A stretch of DNA of 64,000 bases, taken from the NCBI GenBank assembly GCA_010909165.1, contig MU008182.1:434001-498000 (forward strand). Reading direction: 5' to 3'. Made by a program: the position numbers and the translations under genes. Origin of the DNA: Anthoceros angustus. Its lineage: Eukaryota; Plantae; Anthocerotophyta. The notes under the pieces are model-generated. The model saw only the letters and a program-made list of their open reading frames with translations, was not told the DNA's origin and did no database searches. Below, piece by piece: positions 27,401 to 39,735 of this stretch. How positions within the stretch are numbered: position 1 is the first letter of the stretch; each line of letters starts with the position of its first letter.

Positions 27401-28699
27401 TTCTATGGGGCGCGGTGCTGCGTTCGCATTAACACTAGGGCTTACAACCACTTGTCCTGCACCCATGCACATTATGACTTACATATATTAGGCCACGATC
27501 GCTTGCTTGCGCAAGAGAATGAGAAAAACACACCACCTTTCACACTTCCGATCACGACGCGCCTTGGTCGCTACAAAGATGGTGTCCAACATACAAAAAC
27601 GATTCAATTGCTATGACCTCCTCAGAAAGATAGTCGCGCTCACACGAGCTCGAGAATAGGGAAGAAACTTGGCCGTCATGTCTCTCTTTCCACTGCTCCG
27701 ATTCAAGTGAAATTTGAGATCATGAATATTAGGGCATGGTAATTTCAAACGAAGGTTAGAAAACCTTTGAAATTTGAAAATAATTTCCATGATTTTGAGT
27801 TCAAGTGTACAAATTATTAGAATAAGGGAATTTAAACCAAACCAATCACTTTTACAACACAAACTATGCTCTCATTTCAATCCATATTACCTATTCCTAC
27901 ACATAACATGAAAAGTTTAAAAGCATGCTTGGCCTAAAAGACTTGAACGACCTCTTATTTCCAACTTTCAAGGCTTACCACTCCATTAACTTTCCCATAT
28001 GCAAATATTAAGCACAAAGTATATGTTGAATGAGGGCGGCATGCCGCCTCATGCCCTCATTTTTCTTCTTCTTCTTCATCATGCCCTTATGCTCCCCATG
28101 CTCTTGTTTTTGATAGCCATCCGAGAAGCCATCACGGTTCGTGTGGTTTCAGCCACTAGCCTAGGGTGTCTAACCGATGTTGAGCAACCGAGAAGCCATT
28201 ACTGTCGTAGTTTCAAGGAGGGTGTTTGTTGGACGCCCGCCAGCCATTAAAGGCTGATGGCGCATGCCGCGCCAATGCACGTAGCCTTGAGCATGATTTG
28301 CAGTGATGCCGGCCTGGGTGTCACTTACGTGTTTAGGGTCTTCACGCCTCGTACAATGACATCGATTGTCCGGATTGGATGTATAGCACGACATAGAAAT
28401 AGCCGTATGCATTCCCTTCGATGTCGCAGCAGATGGTCCATGTTCATTTCATCGTTGTTTAACGAATGGCATGCACTAACGACATGGGCATCATTTCCAT
28501 TGAAAACAATGGTCTACTCAGTAGGTCAAACCTTCGCTCACCATTGTAAGCCGCTAAAGATATAAAATTCTACGACACCCTAATTGTGTGCCTTCTTCAG
28601 GTATGCTCAAATACACATTTCAATGCCCATCGAAAACCCCTGCTGCTGTGATATTCACGCTAAAAGCCGCTTGATGTATATTCAGCCGCAAATATTATG

Positions 28700-31191
28700 C
28701 CGTTGCAGAGATGGAGAACCCAGGGCCTGGGAAAGAGGAAGACTCTCATCCGACCCACTTGAGGCAACAATGGACTCACGGTGGAGGCCGCAGACACGAG
28801 GCGGAAGAAAGGAAAACGTCACGCCCTTCCGAGCAGCAATGATATCCCAACTGCATATGTGGCCACAGATGGGGAGCGACCGCAGCGCCTATATGTTGGA
28901 TGAAGATTATTTGAGCAACTACGAATCGGCGTATGCCAAAAGGTGGTTCCGTAAACTGCTCTGTGAAGCTCGAGAACTTGAGGCTCAGATCATTTCTAAC
29001 TCGGCGATGTATCCTAATGTGGATGAGGCTGGGCTAACTATTTGGCGCTGTGATAGCAAAGGGACGATAGAGGAAGGAGTCCTCCCCGCCTGTATGATGA
29101 TTGACCCATCGAATGCGTGGATATCGAAAGCCTAGACTGGATCAAGTTTCGCTAAGAAGCACGTGATGGGAGTCTTAGGTGGCAATCATACATATGCCGC
29201 CATGAAGCACCTTGTCGACATATCGCTGTGGAAGGCAAGGTTCCAATGGATGGAGGCCCATGTTTATTGTGGGCTTACTATACTGAGAGATGAGGATATT
29301 GGCAATGTACCACAACACGATGTCTCGACAAGAGGAAAAGATGAATTTTATCGAACAAGTTAGGTACCGCGAGATGAGCTCCAAATTGCAAAGCGAGATG
29401 GTGTGACCATGAGCATGAATCGGAAGTTTAACCTTTATAAGGTGCTTGGGCTAATAGAGGACGATGAAGGCGCGAGGATGAGCAATATAAATGTAACAAG
29501 GTGGACAACAGACACATATTCTATGCATTGCAAATTAGAGGGAAAGGTTTGGAGAATGTTGATAGCATTTTCACAAGTGGGAGGCCATGGAGCTACCCGA
29601 GGCAAAGCATGTGGCACCGGGACCAGCAAGAAGAGCAAAGGAAAACGAAAAGTTGGTGATGAAACAAGTGAAGGAGTCTTCAAGCCCAAAGAAATGCTGG
29701 TGCAAGCCATGGCAGCTTTCCAAGGTATTCCTCCGTGGGAGACGGTAAGATGCTATTAGTGTGACCGAGAAGGTGTGTCTTTAGACTGAATGGAATGTCC
29801 AAGGAGGTGACATGACATGGAAGAAATTTCATGTCATACAAGTGGCAATGGCAAAGCATCCGGGTGTAGTTCATTCGACATGGTGAGAGAAGAATACCCA
29901 CTACACTCATCGGATGCGAATCGCGAGGTTCCAAACCGCTTTGAGGGAAAGGTATGTCCTCTATGTTCCTGTCGCTTAGATTGAGGAAGATGCGCCGCTT
30001 CCCACCAATCGCTTATTTCTTTTTCAATCGGAGGAGGAGGCGGACGGGCGCCCCGCCTCTTCCTCCCGCGCAGTGATTGTGAGCCTTAGCTGTCTTCGCG
30101 AAGTAAAAGATGTTGAAGACCAAGAAATTGCCGGAAGATTTCAAGCTTTCATACTAGAGGTGCACACATGGAAAGGCTTGGAGGACGAGCAAAGGGCACT
30201 TGCAGACATGGACATGGAGGAAGGGCTCCAATCTTCACGTGCCAAAACGGAGAATATTGTGAACTACTGTGGTATCAAGAGATGCCTTGGACATGCGAGG
30301 GTTTTACGGTTCAAGGTACACACTATTGTTGATGGATGTGCCTGTGGGATTCAATAAGGGACAACATGATGTGAAGATGGATCGTGTGTGAACACCATTT
30401 ATTCCATTCTTTCCATGACATGACAAGTTGCTCGGAGATTAGATTGATAGTCATGCATGGAGTAGAAGAGCTGCACATGGTGAGAGAGGCAATGCGGAAG
30501 TGGTGCATGTGGAGGGATGGTCTCGCTTGGGATAAAACGAATATGCACAACGATCAAGGAGGCTATGACACCGTGGAGTACATCACGGTGGGGTTTCACC
30601 TCCAGCAAGATCGGCAAGATGTCTATGCTCCCAATAACTTGCGTGGCTCTTTCAACAATGGGCGGCAGCTCTGCGCACTAATGGTGAAGAAGTCAGACAT
30701 GTCATTTGACAAGCCGGGTGGTATGTGCATACCGAGGCCTCTAGGCCTGATGATGAAGCTCATCAAGAACTTTTCAAAGAGGGAGACTGGTTCGACGGAT
30801 GTGCCGGGAGTGGTACTACGACATTGGCGCGCCGCTATGTGGACGCAATTGTATTGTCAGATATTGATAAGCGGTGTGGAGTTTATTCCATGAGGATCCA
30901 TGGATATGAAGTGCTGCCGACGCCGAGGAGGAATTGACTCATGAGCCGCCCTGGGACCCTCCCACCTGGGCAAAGGAATTGAGTTTGTCCGAGAAGGATG
31001 TCTCCTGTGCTCGTGGTTCCTTTGGGGTTGAACAGGATGAAGGAGATCACGGAGATATTCTCGACGATGGCCAACAAACCTTGCCCACCTTATGGCCGAG
31101 AACAAGGGGAAAGGAAATGATGGTGGCTTTTTGGATGCAGAGTGCCATGAGGAGAATGACAACTTCGAGGACGCGAGGAGGCAAGGCTTAA
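28700..31191 (+). pseudogene. ParB/Srx-like domain apparently fused to a beta-class N6-adenine/N4-cytosine DNA methyltransferase (copy 1; frameshifted as assembled)
   Basis: ParB-like VLGGNHTYAAMKHL (~29172-29213) followed by VYCGLT..EMRILAMYHN. MTase motif IV-like LLLMDVP(x)G (~30332), WDKTN..DTVEY, RPLGLMMKLIKNFSK.EGDW.DGCAGSGTT (motifs X and I, ~30794-30820). Confidence 0.8.
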
Positions 31192-31859
31192 GAGTACGTA
31201 GTATTGGATAGCGGTTGCAAAGGCTCTACCGGAGTCCCAACCGTATGGATTAATTGGGTGATTAGGTCAAAGTTGACGGTGGCAAGGTGTCCGCAGATTC
31301 CATGGATTCATAGTGTAAAAGCCGCATGCCGCGCCGCTTGACTATACATGTTCCGTGTTTGGGATTTGAACTTTTGTGCATTTGTTCGGCCATTGCCGTG
31401 TTCATAGTTCGCACATGTTCGCTGCATGCGCCACCAGACTCATGACCATATCTAGCATATTATATACATGAAATCGGACTAAACCATATCAGATGCCATT
31501 CAAAGAACTCCGCGCACAAACCCGATGAATGAAAAAGCCGCTTAGGACCGTCGAGCACAAAGAAAAGTGGTCCGAAGCTGAAGCGCTTCAGTATATTCAA
31601 ATTTCTCTTTCAAATATTACCATGTTTAATGAATATAATTAAAGTACAAAGCCCATTTATAGGCTAGATGGTTAGAGGTTGGTATGTTACAACTATAAGT
31701 TGTTGTAACCGCCAGGTAACCGCTAAGTAGTTATAACTACTATAACTACTAACTACTAACTACCCAATGCCCTAGGTAGATAATAATGTTTAAGTTATGG
31801 AGCCCTAATGAATAGTGCCCTAACCCTAATGTATTTCATCACACACGCCCTTGACTCAC

Positions 31860-32600
31860 ATTGAGCCCATGACATGTCCACACAAGACCGTTAAGGCTCA
31901 AGTTCTTTAGTGACACCACGAGACAAGGAGAAGCCGCATCAAGACACACCTCAAGGCTAGCACCCTTACTCGCCTGACATCTCACGATCCCCGGATCACA
32001 TGTGCATACAAGAGCATTACTCGTGCTCAAGTCCTTCGTGACATTGCACACAAGGAATGATCGGAGCCACCTCGGCACCCACTAGAGCACCCTCACACGC
32101 CCGGCCTCACGGCCCCAGGCACATGTCCACACAAGACCGTTAAGCCGGCTCAAGTTCTTCGATGACACCACAGACAAGGAGAAGCGCGTCGGCACCTCCA
32201 AGGCCGGCACCACGCGCAAGATCTCACCCAGATCCCGCACATGTGCACACAAGAGCATTACTTCAGCTCAAGTCCTTCAACGCGACATTGCACACAAGGA
32301 ATGATCAAAGGAGCTACACTGCATGAGTGGATCTTGCCGGCTCTAGTGGATGCCGAGTACCTCGGCATCCACTAGAGCACCCTCCAAGAACGGTCACTGA
32401 CCCTAGAGCACACGCACCGCGGCAGTTAAGCGGCTCAAGTTCGTTTTCACCACAGACAATGAGAAGCCGCCGATACACCCACTCCAGGCCCCGGCACCCT
32501 CACGCGCATGCATCTCACATGGCCCCGGATCACGCACATGTGCACACAAGACCCGTAAGCAAGCCTCAAACAAAACACCGATTGCACACAAGGCACATTA
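31860..32600. repeat. Three diverged tandem copies of a 250-290-bp unit
   Basis: ggctcaagttc..caccac.gacaa.gagaag..cacatgtgca.acaaga recurs at about 31895, 32146 and 32431. Confidence 0.7.
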
Positions 32601-33111
32601 CCTTCAAAATCGCACACACAAAACCAGATTCCAGCCGCAGCTCGAGCTTGCATGTGGGGAGCCGTCCGCAAAGAAGGGAAGGAGGGCTCCTATAAGAAGC
32701 CCCACATAGCTCACAAGGCGGCACAAAGGGTTGATTACAACAACCGAGGAGCTCGAGCACGATCTTGAGCCCGCAGTGTGTACGGCCGGATGTGGACGAG
32801 CAAGTGCAGGAGATTACATATGTACATCTCGGGCGTGAGCGAAGGATCAACTCAACAGAGCCGGATGGCAATAGCGAGTGCACCGTGTAAGAAATTGGGA
32901 GTGGCGGGTTGACTTACCACCGGATAAAAATAGAGATCTGAAGTAAAAGTAAAGTAAGTTAAAGTAAATAATAGCAAAAGTAAAAGTATATAAAAGTGAA
33001 ACTAAAATATATTGAACTATTATTTTAATGAAAACTTAAAGTCACCCTCTCACATCTCTCTATTCTTTTCAAAGTAACCAAGTGTACCAAGCCATATGGT
33101 ACTAAAGTGTA

Positions 33112-33453
33112 TCACCAAACCATGCTACCACCCTGGTCTTTATAGCCCTTATGAAAAGATTCACTTTGGAACTCGGTGGTTAAGAAAGCAGCACACAAGG
33201 CATTCCAATCAACACGGAGCTCATCCTCCAGGGTCTCATACCACACTTCAGATTCCCCTTGCAAAGATGCGGGGAAATATTTCAAGTATTTCTTTTCCGT
33301 TCCCATCAAGGGGGCTTTGAGAACCTTCTTGAACAGCCACAGATGTTCGTTAGGGTCCTCATTCAAGGACTCATAGTACTGTGGCAAGACATTATGATCA
33401 AGACTAGGCTTTAAGGACAGGCTAGATCCTGAATACCCCATGTTCACAAGCAA
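33112..33453 (-). pseudogene. Ty3/Gypsy gag fragment
   Basis: LPQYY....EDPNEHL..F.....LKYFPASLQGESEVWYETL.....WNALCAAFL, the Retrotrans_gag pattern. PBS-like TTTGGCACCCC next to a CA LTR end at 33836 (- strand). Confidence 0.8.
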
Positions 33454-35121
33454 CTTCTCGACAGGCTGGTTTCTAACTAGTAAGTAGTACTATAAGTAGG
33501 ACTTACACTTTGGCAGACTCCTTCGCTATCCATGCAAGTAGAAGGGAGTGGTATGATAGAGGGGCTTAGGAGAAGCCGAAGGGAAGACAAGTATCTGCAG
33601 GCACCAGAGCAATCCTTTCTTCTATGGTCAGTCTTCTACTGCTCTCTCTTCCTTTTCTACTCATCAATTTTGAAGCATTCTTCATACCGTGACGTCGCAA
33701 CTAATGTTGGGAATGCTAGCTCAGACATGTATGATACCCAAGGGATGTGGTGGTTGTGGTGTATGCATGAGGCAAGGTCCACCGTCCTTTACACGCTGCT
33801 TGCTATCAGAGGAACGTCCCGTTAGGGGTGCCAAATGTTAACTACTCCTTCTCTTTGAGGTAACAGCCTACTTGGGCACAAGGGCCCTTATCCTTCACTC
33901 ACAGCCTGTCTAACACATTCATAGATGCTTCTATGGACTTACTTACTAAATGACAGACTACTGATGAGTGGGGGGTGTCTACCGCGTGATGGGCTCAACT
34001 CTCACGCTCACCAAGCCTTGCTTCACACACACACACACACATGAGTGGAACTCCAAGCACAACTGACCGTCAACAGTTCAGGCTTCAAAGGATCACAAAC
34101 CACACAATGAAGATGTACGGGGAACTACCCAGCTAGAATGCTAGTAGAGCCAAGGCACACGATTTTACAAGCTCTGCAGTGAACAAGGGGCCACAGCCCC
34201 ATCCATTGCCAAATGCGTCTCCTACAAATTACAATGATCGCTACTTGTAGCGGAAGTCCCTTGCTAAAATTGGCCCTACTTCAAACGTATGGCGGCTACT
34301 AGGATCCTAGGCACCACTACTGGCCTTTCAGAGACGTTGCTGCATAGTCCTCTTGCTCTCAAATAAAAAACTTCAATTCACACCACACAAATCGTTTTCC
34401 TTGTTTCATTCTCATCCTTGCACATGGCCAAGAGTTACATCAAGTCTTTACGCATCGAGGTCGAGTCCCATACTCTGTTTAGAGTCCCTGCACGTCGTTG
34501 CCAGGCCCTAACCGCGAAGAGTCTGTACACAGTACCTATATGTGGTCCCAAGATACATGACGTAGCGGGGTGATACCGGCGTGATATGTCTCAATATAAA
34601 TTCTATCATTATGGCTGGAAGCGCACTTTGGACAGCTGCAGATGTATGTGGTTGGTTCCAAATGGACGGTGGCATTGCTTAAAACAGGCGTGGCGGGCCC
34701 GGGAATTGCGATGCGCGAATACATGTCGCTGTCGCTGTCATAAGCGTCTACAGATTCCAATATCCCAGCCCCTTCTACACTGGGCGTGATTGTCAGCATC
34801 AGGTTTGTGACAGTTTGCGGTGTCCCAAGCACTTGCGGTGTCGTGGATGTGGAATGGTCTCGCAGCGTCGTACCGCACACCGCGAAATTCCTTGTCCTGG
34901 CCTGGATTTTGTGAATTCTAGTTGGATGATCGTGCGCTCAGCGCTTCATTGTTGGTTGCAGTGGGGCGGTTTGTTCAATGCTTAACAGCTTCTGAAATTT
35001 TAAACTCTCCAAGTGAGAAGCTCCACGGGGTGAAACAGCAGTGGAGCTGTGCCCGGAGGGTCAAGAAGGGAGAGCTACGTTTTCGGATCCGGCTAGCTGG
35101 ATCACGTTTCTCCGCATCAAT

Positions 35122-37020
35122 ATGGCAAGCATGGGGCTACGGTCGGCTGACAATGAGGACGAGGACAGGGTTGGTAGACGGCATCACCGTCGATTGAGGC
35201 TTGATCGCAGCGCTGGTGAGGGTGAGCAGCAGGTCGGTTGCAGCGATGCTAGAGCCAGGAGTCTTTTCGTGGCGGAAAGGCGGGCTCCTCAGTATCCTGT
35301 CCTGAGGGCGTCACGGAAGCAGCGCTCCAGGTATCATGTTCTCTGGCCAGGGTACCATCATGCTCAGAATTTCTCTCTTGAGCTTGCGGCGCTGGGCAGG
35401 GCAGCAAAACATGTTGTGGACAATTTAAGACCTCAGACTGTGGGGGTGATTTGCGCAAGTGGAGCGTCCTTTGCATGCAAATGCGGCTTAATTTTATTTC
35501 TGAGAGTGTTTCTCGACAAGTCCTGGCCTGTTCTGCAGATTTCTAGTGTTTGTACTCTATTTCTGGAGCCTGTCAGATCCTTTGTTCCGAACGCGATAAG
35601 GATTGCTCTGCAGCCAGTGAAGGCTTTGATGAGACCGGTTTTCGGGTTGATGCTATCACGGCCTTTATTGCGCCTGGCGTGGCCTGATGCTTACAGGACT
35701 GCTAGGTTTTGGCGTCGTCTCCTTCCCATTTATTTTGCATATATTCGAACCAAGCAGTATGTTAGACGGAAGAGTGCAGAGGATAGGGAGAAGATATGGG
35801 CCAAGAGGCATGATTGGGGTGGGGTGAAGGTGCATCAGCTGGTTTTGGACATGAGTGGCTTTTATGTGAAGTCCGCTCAAATTCTTGCTAGCAAGGCTGA
35901 TTTTGTGCCAAAGGCTTGGATCAAGCATCTGTCTAGGCATTTTGATGATCAGCCGCCTCGTCCATTTTCAGAAGTTGCACTCAGTGTGAGGCAACAGCTG
36001 GTGAAATGTGAGCGTGGACCATTTCTGCCTCTGGATGCCAAGGGTCTTGTTCTTTTAAATTCGGTGTTCTTACACCTAGAACCAACTCCTTTAGCATCAG
36101 CCTCAATTGCTCAGGTGCATGGAGCTGTTCTGAATGGTGGTACCCGGGTGGTGGTAAAGGTGCAACACCTGGGAATGGAAACTTACATGCATTCAGATCT
36201 CCGTAACATTGCATGGGTGGCAAAGTTTCTGCAGGGGCAGCTTCCCTTCGACCTCACTGGTGTGGTGAAGGAGATCCAACAAACTATACCTTTGGAGTTT
36301 GACTTTCAGCGAGAGGTGTGGTTTATGACACGGATCAAGGAGAATTTACACAGTAATGGCTTTCAGCACATTGCTTGTCCGTCCCCAATCGAGGATCTGT
36401 GCACCAAGCGTCTCATTGTGATGGACAGGATTGATGGTGTTCCTTTTACTCGCTTCTTGCACTGTGGAACTGAAGAGAGGGGCAGGTCAGATGAGTTGGT
36501 GCCTTTGGTAGAGCAGCTGCTGCTCGCCTACGGCCAAATGTTGCTTGTGGATGGTACTTTCCATGCTGATCCGCATGCAGGGAATTTACTCCTCCTGCCG
36601 GATGGCAGGCTTGGACTTATTGACTTTGGTCAAAGCAAGATTCTTGACAGTGAGACTCGACTACTCGTAGCCCGCATGGTGCTTGCTCTCGCAGATGGAT
36701 CTGATGCAGAAATTGCTAGTGCTCTCATCGAGACGGGTATGGTTTTCCAAGATGTTCGGGGATTCCCCATGTCGGAGAGCACGTTAGCCGTGATGGCTCG
36801 GATTTTATTTGATACTTGCTATGTAGAGGAGGCTACGGTGTCCCCCATGTCTGACGACTCTCTCTTACGAACCTTTCCTCTCACCTCATTCAATCAGTCA
36901 CTCTGGATGGTCATCCGGACGATTGTTCTTTTGCGTGGGTTGTGCTATCAGCTCAACATGAACGTCTCAGCAGCTGCCATTTGGCGTCCATTTGCTGCCA
37001 CCCAGCTTGTGACACATTAA
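35122..37020 (+). CDS. ABC1K/ADCK (UbiB-family) atypical kinase, intronless
   Basis: GFYVKSAQILAS, PLASASIAQVH, VVVKVQH, LEFDFQRE, FHADPHAGN, LIDFGQ. First in-frame ATG at 35122. Confidence 0.92.
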   Translation: MASMGLRSADNEDEDRVGRRHHRRLRLDRSAGEGEQQVGCSDARARSLFVAERRAPQYPVLRASRKQRSRYHVLWPGYHHAQNFSLELAALGRAAKHVVDNLRPQTVGVICASGASFACKCGLILFLRVFLDKSWPVLQISSVCTLFLEPVRSFVPNAIRIALQPVKALMRPVFGLMLSRPLLRLAWPDAYRTARFWRRLLPIYFAYIRTKQYVRRKSAEDREKIWAKRHDWGGVKVHQLVLDMSGFYVKSAQILASKADFVPKAWIKHLSRHFDDQPPRPFSEVALSVRQQLVKCERGPFLPLDAKGLVLLNSVFLHLEPTPLASASIAQVHGAVLNGGTRVVVKVQHLGMETYMHSDLRNIAWVAKFLQGQLPFDLTGVVKEIQQTIPLEFDFQREVWFMTRIKENLHSNGFQHIACPSPIEDLCTKRLIVMDRIDGVPFTRFLHCGTEERGRSDELVPLVEQLLLAYGQMLLVDGTFHADPHAGNLLLLPDGRLGLIDFGQSKILDSETRLLVARMVLALADGSDAEIASALIETGMVFQDVRGFPMSESTLAVMARILFDTCYVEEATVSPMSDDSLLRTFPLTSFNQSLWMVIRTIVLLRGLCYQLNMNVSAAAIWRPFAATQLVTH

Positions 37021-38162
37021 TCTGTTTTTCTTCTTTCCGTGTTTTATATACTGTACTTCCTCTCGATATAAATTAATTTTTTTCTTTCCGTGTTTTGTAT
37101 ATTATATTTTCTCTCTCAAAAAATTGGATGGATTCCCTTCCCTCTCGATGTTTCTGGGCGAGCACCAAGTACCGTGCTCCACCACCTACCCTCGCCGCAT
37201 TCACCGAAAAGAACAGAAGGGCCAGACATCCGTCCGCATTCACCAAATAGAACAGAAGGGCCCGACATCCGTCAGAGCACCGGCTGACCGTCAACCTCTC
37301 TCGGAATGGTTCAGAGGGACGTTCATCTGGCGTGGGACTGGGCCCCCACAGAGAGTAAGTCCACGCTGTAATCACGCTCAGGACAGCCGGCCTCCACTCA
37401 TCTTCCGGATTGTGGAGTTTGTCTGTGTCAGAAGTCACAGACTGGATGTACGAACTATAGAACAGATCCTGTTCAAGTATAGTCGTGCTGCAAATTGTGG
37501 ACAGAAGCGCATATATTCCGTGATTGCATTCTTTCTCCATGAACTATGGGTTATCTACATTTTCTCCCAGAGTTGTACGAATACAGAAGGCTGTGGTTGC
37601 CGATTCACTTCCTGCATCCTTGAGCATGCCTGTGCTACATTTTGGCATTCACAACTCTAAAGGTTTGCGCATGCTTGAGCATGCCTGTGCTTAAATGTTG
37701 GCATTCAGAACTGCAAAGGTTAGCGCATCCCTGATGATGTCTCCGATCGTGTCGATGATCTTGTGAGGAGGTTAAATGCACGCTCCACAGGCGATTGTCG
37801 AAGGCGAGCAAGGGCCGAACCCGAGGGTCGAAGAGGGGCCAACCCGAAGAGTCCGAAGAAGCGTCGAAACCACCAAGGGTCGAGCATTCCGACTTTGGCA
37901 GTACCCGGGAACACCAGCGTTTGAGCTCGAATCTGTGGACAGGCCCAGATGAAGCCTCAAACTTCTAGGCTGTGCACCGTGTTACGCGGATGGGGGAAAG
38001 AGACACCTTGTGCATGTATGAAACAAACAGCAAAGCAGATCAGTTCGGACACGATCCTCAAATCTTCCTTGACGGATATGTCCGTCAACATGCACCGTCC
38101 AGACTTCTCAACATCTAACTCATAAGGTGGAGACGCCGTCCAAAATTGAAGTCAACAGTAGT

Positions 38163-39735
38163 TCCTGCAGGCACACAAGGAACAGAAGTCAAGGTCCAGA
38201 CATAAATTCGAACCACGACTCTGATACAGTGCCGTAGCAGCGGAACCTTGCAAACTGGGAACGGACTTACAAATCTTGTTGAAAGCGACAATATCGCAAC
38301 TCTGGATGTAGTCTGAGGCGGGCTCGGCCAACAGAAAATCCTCGATCAGGTTATCCACGGACACCAAATCATCTTCAATAGTCATCATGATTGTCAGCTT
38401 CTTGATCCCTGCAACAACCGTCTGTAGCTTGGCTGCAAATGCAACAGAAACAAGATCATCGATAGGCCTGAAGCTAGGACGGAACTTTTAAAAAACCGAA
38501 GAGTCAAAAAATGGTTCTGTACTTACAAGCGCCCCACAGGAGGCCAGGCATTTCAACCTTACGCACATGCTCCTCCAGCTTTACCATGTCAGTCTCATCA
38601 TCCCAAGGCTTCACATCGAGCAGGACTGAAGACTTCCCGACTGAAAATGTCCCCAATGTAACATGGTTTATGAGTAATGTAATCCGGAAGATCCTCAAAA
38701 CGAAATTCGGAAAGGAATAACAAAAGTAATCACCCTTTGGTTTGCAACCCGTGCAACTTTGCAAAGTCAGGTACTTTTCAGTCAGCCAGTCAGGAAATTG
38801 GTTGCTGCTGCTTGAGCAAAGCTCACATTTTGCTCTCTGGAACTCACCTACTTTCTTTTTCTCTCCAGCTTTCTTAAGAGCTGCTTCTCGTTCAGCTGCG
38901 GCAGCCTTCTCTTCTTCGGTCTCATCCCCGAACAAATCCAAGTCATCATCATCATCATCCGCCTGACGGCAAAGGATATAAATTAGGCTCGTCTTCAGAC
39001 AAAATAAAGAAGGAAATAGCTTAATACCAAGTCTTTGAAGCTATTACCTTCGCTGGCTCAGCCTGTGCAGGAGCAGTTGCGGGAGGAGCAGCCTCAGGGG
39101 TGGAGGCTGGGACCGACGGTGAAGGAGGCACAAACTCCCGGCTCGTCGATCCCCCTCCAATCACAACACCGACACCTTGACCCGGAAAGCTGTCGTCGAA
39201 CCATAGACAATCGTCAGGGACAAACAACCCCAAGTAGAATGCCTAGAGTAAGAAGGAATGGACAGTTTGGCCAAATGACAACCTGCTGCCGAGGAGTCCC
39301 CTGATGTGCTTGTACCACCGGGAGGCGTTCACAAGATCGGCAGGGGGAGCCTCCTTGAGAGCAGCGTACACCGTCAAATCATCCTTGGACGCCTGGAAGC
39401 TGGACAACGAAACACAACGTCAAGCACAAGGGTAAAGTAAACACGAGAGACACATGCAGATGGTGCCAACCCCCACAACCTGAACCCTAACCTCAATCTG
39501 GTATCCTGAGACAAAGGGGCCGCATGCAGGAGCAGGCAACAGCACTGCCGGTGAAAGAAACCCGGCATGCCATCTCATGACAATGTGTCACACTCAATAA
39601 AGCAGCAGCAGCAGCAGTTCAACATCTCCAGATCGCAGAAATGACTTACGCTGAGATGTAGCTGCGAGTGAGCAGATGCTCGTCCAGCTCCTTCAGCCCC
39701 TGCTTGCTTGAAAGATCTTTCAGTACAACGGCCAT
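38163..39735 (-). CDS. EF1B: Translation elongation factor eEF1B beta/delta subunit
   Basis: Exons 39735-39650, 39399-39283, 39189-39048, 38962-38848, 38640-38527, 38432-38271 and 38164-38163 give [59 protein letters not shown]. Confidence 0.95.

Larger units (their letters stand above)
20020..31626. mobile_element. 11.6-kb Sola-type DNA transposon carrying a ParB-like/DNA amino-methyltransferase gene
   Basis: TIRs at 20020-20055 and 31591-31626 (AACATGGTAATATTTGAAAGRGAAATTTGAATATAC, 35/36 identical). TSD TAAT at 20016-20019 and 31627-31630. Transposase and MTase motifs lie inside. Confidence 0.9.
19941..31841 (-). mobile_element. Copia 5' LTR (TGATGA...TCATCA, about 290 bp) split into 19941-20019 and 31631-31841 by the TIR element
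   Basis: On the - strand the LTR end is followed by PBS-like TGGTATCG (19933-19940). TATA-like gcctataaat near 31655-31664. The halves rejoin at the TAAT TSD. Confidence 0.7.

Noticed and set aside
28700-31191. Bacterial contamination or restriction-modification operon as the source of the MTase
   Set aside because: It lies within TIR/TSD boundaries nested in a plant Copia LTR, next to spliced plant genes, is multicopy, and has no adjacent nuclease.
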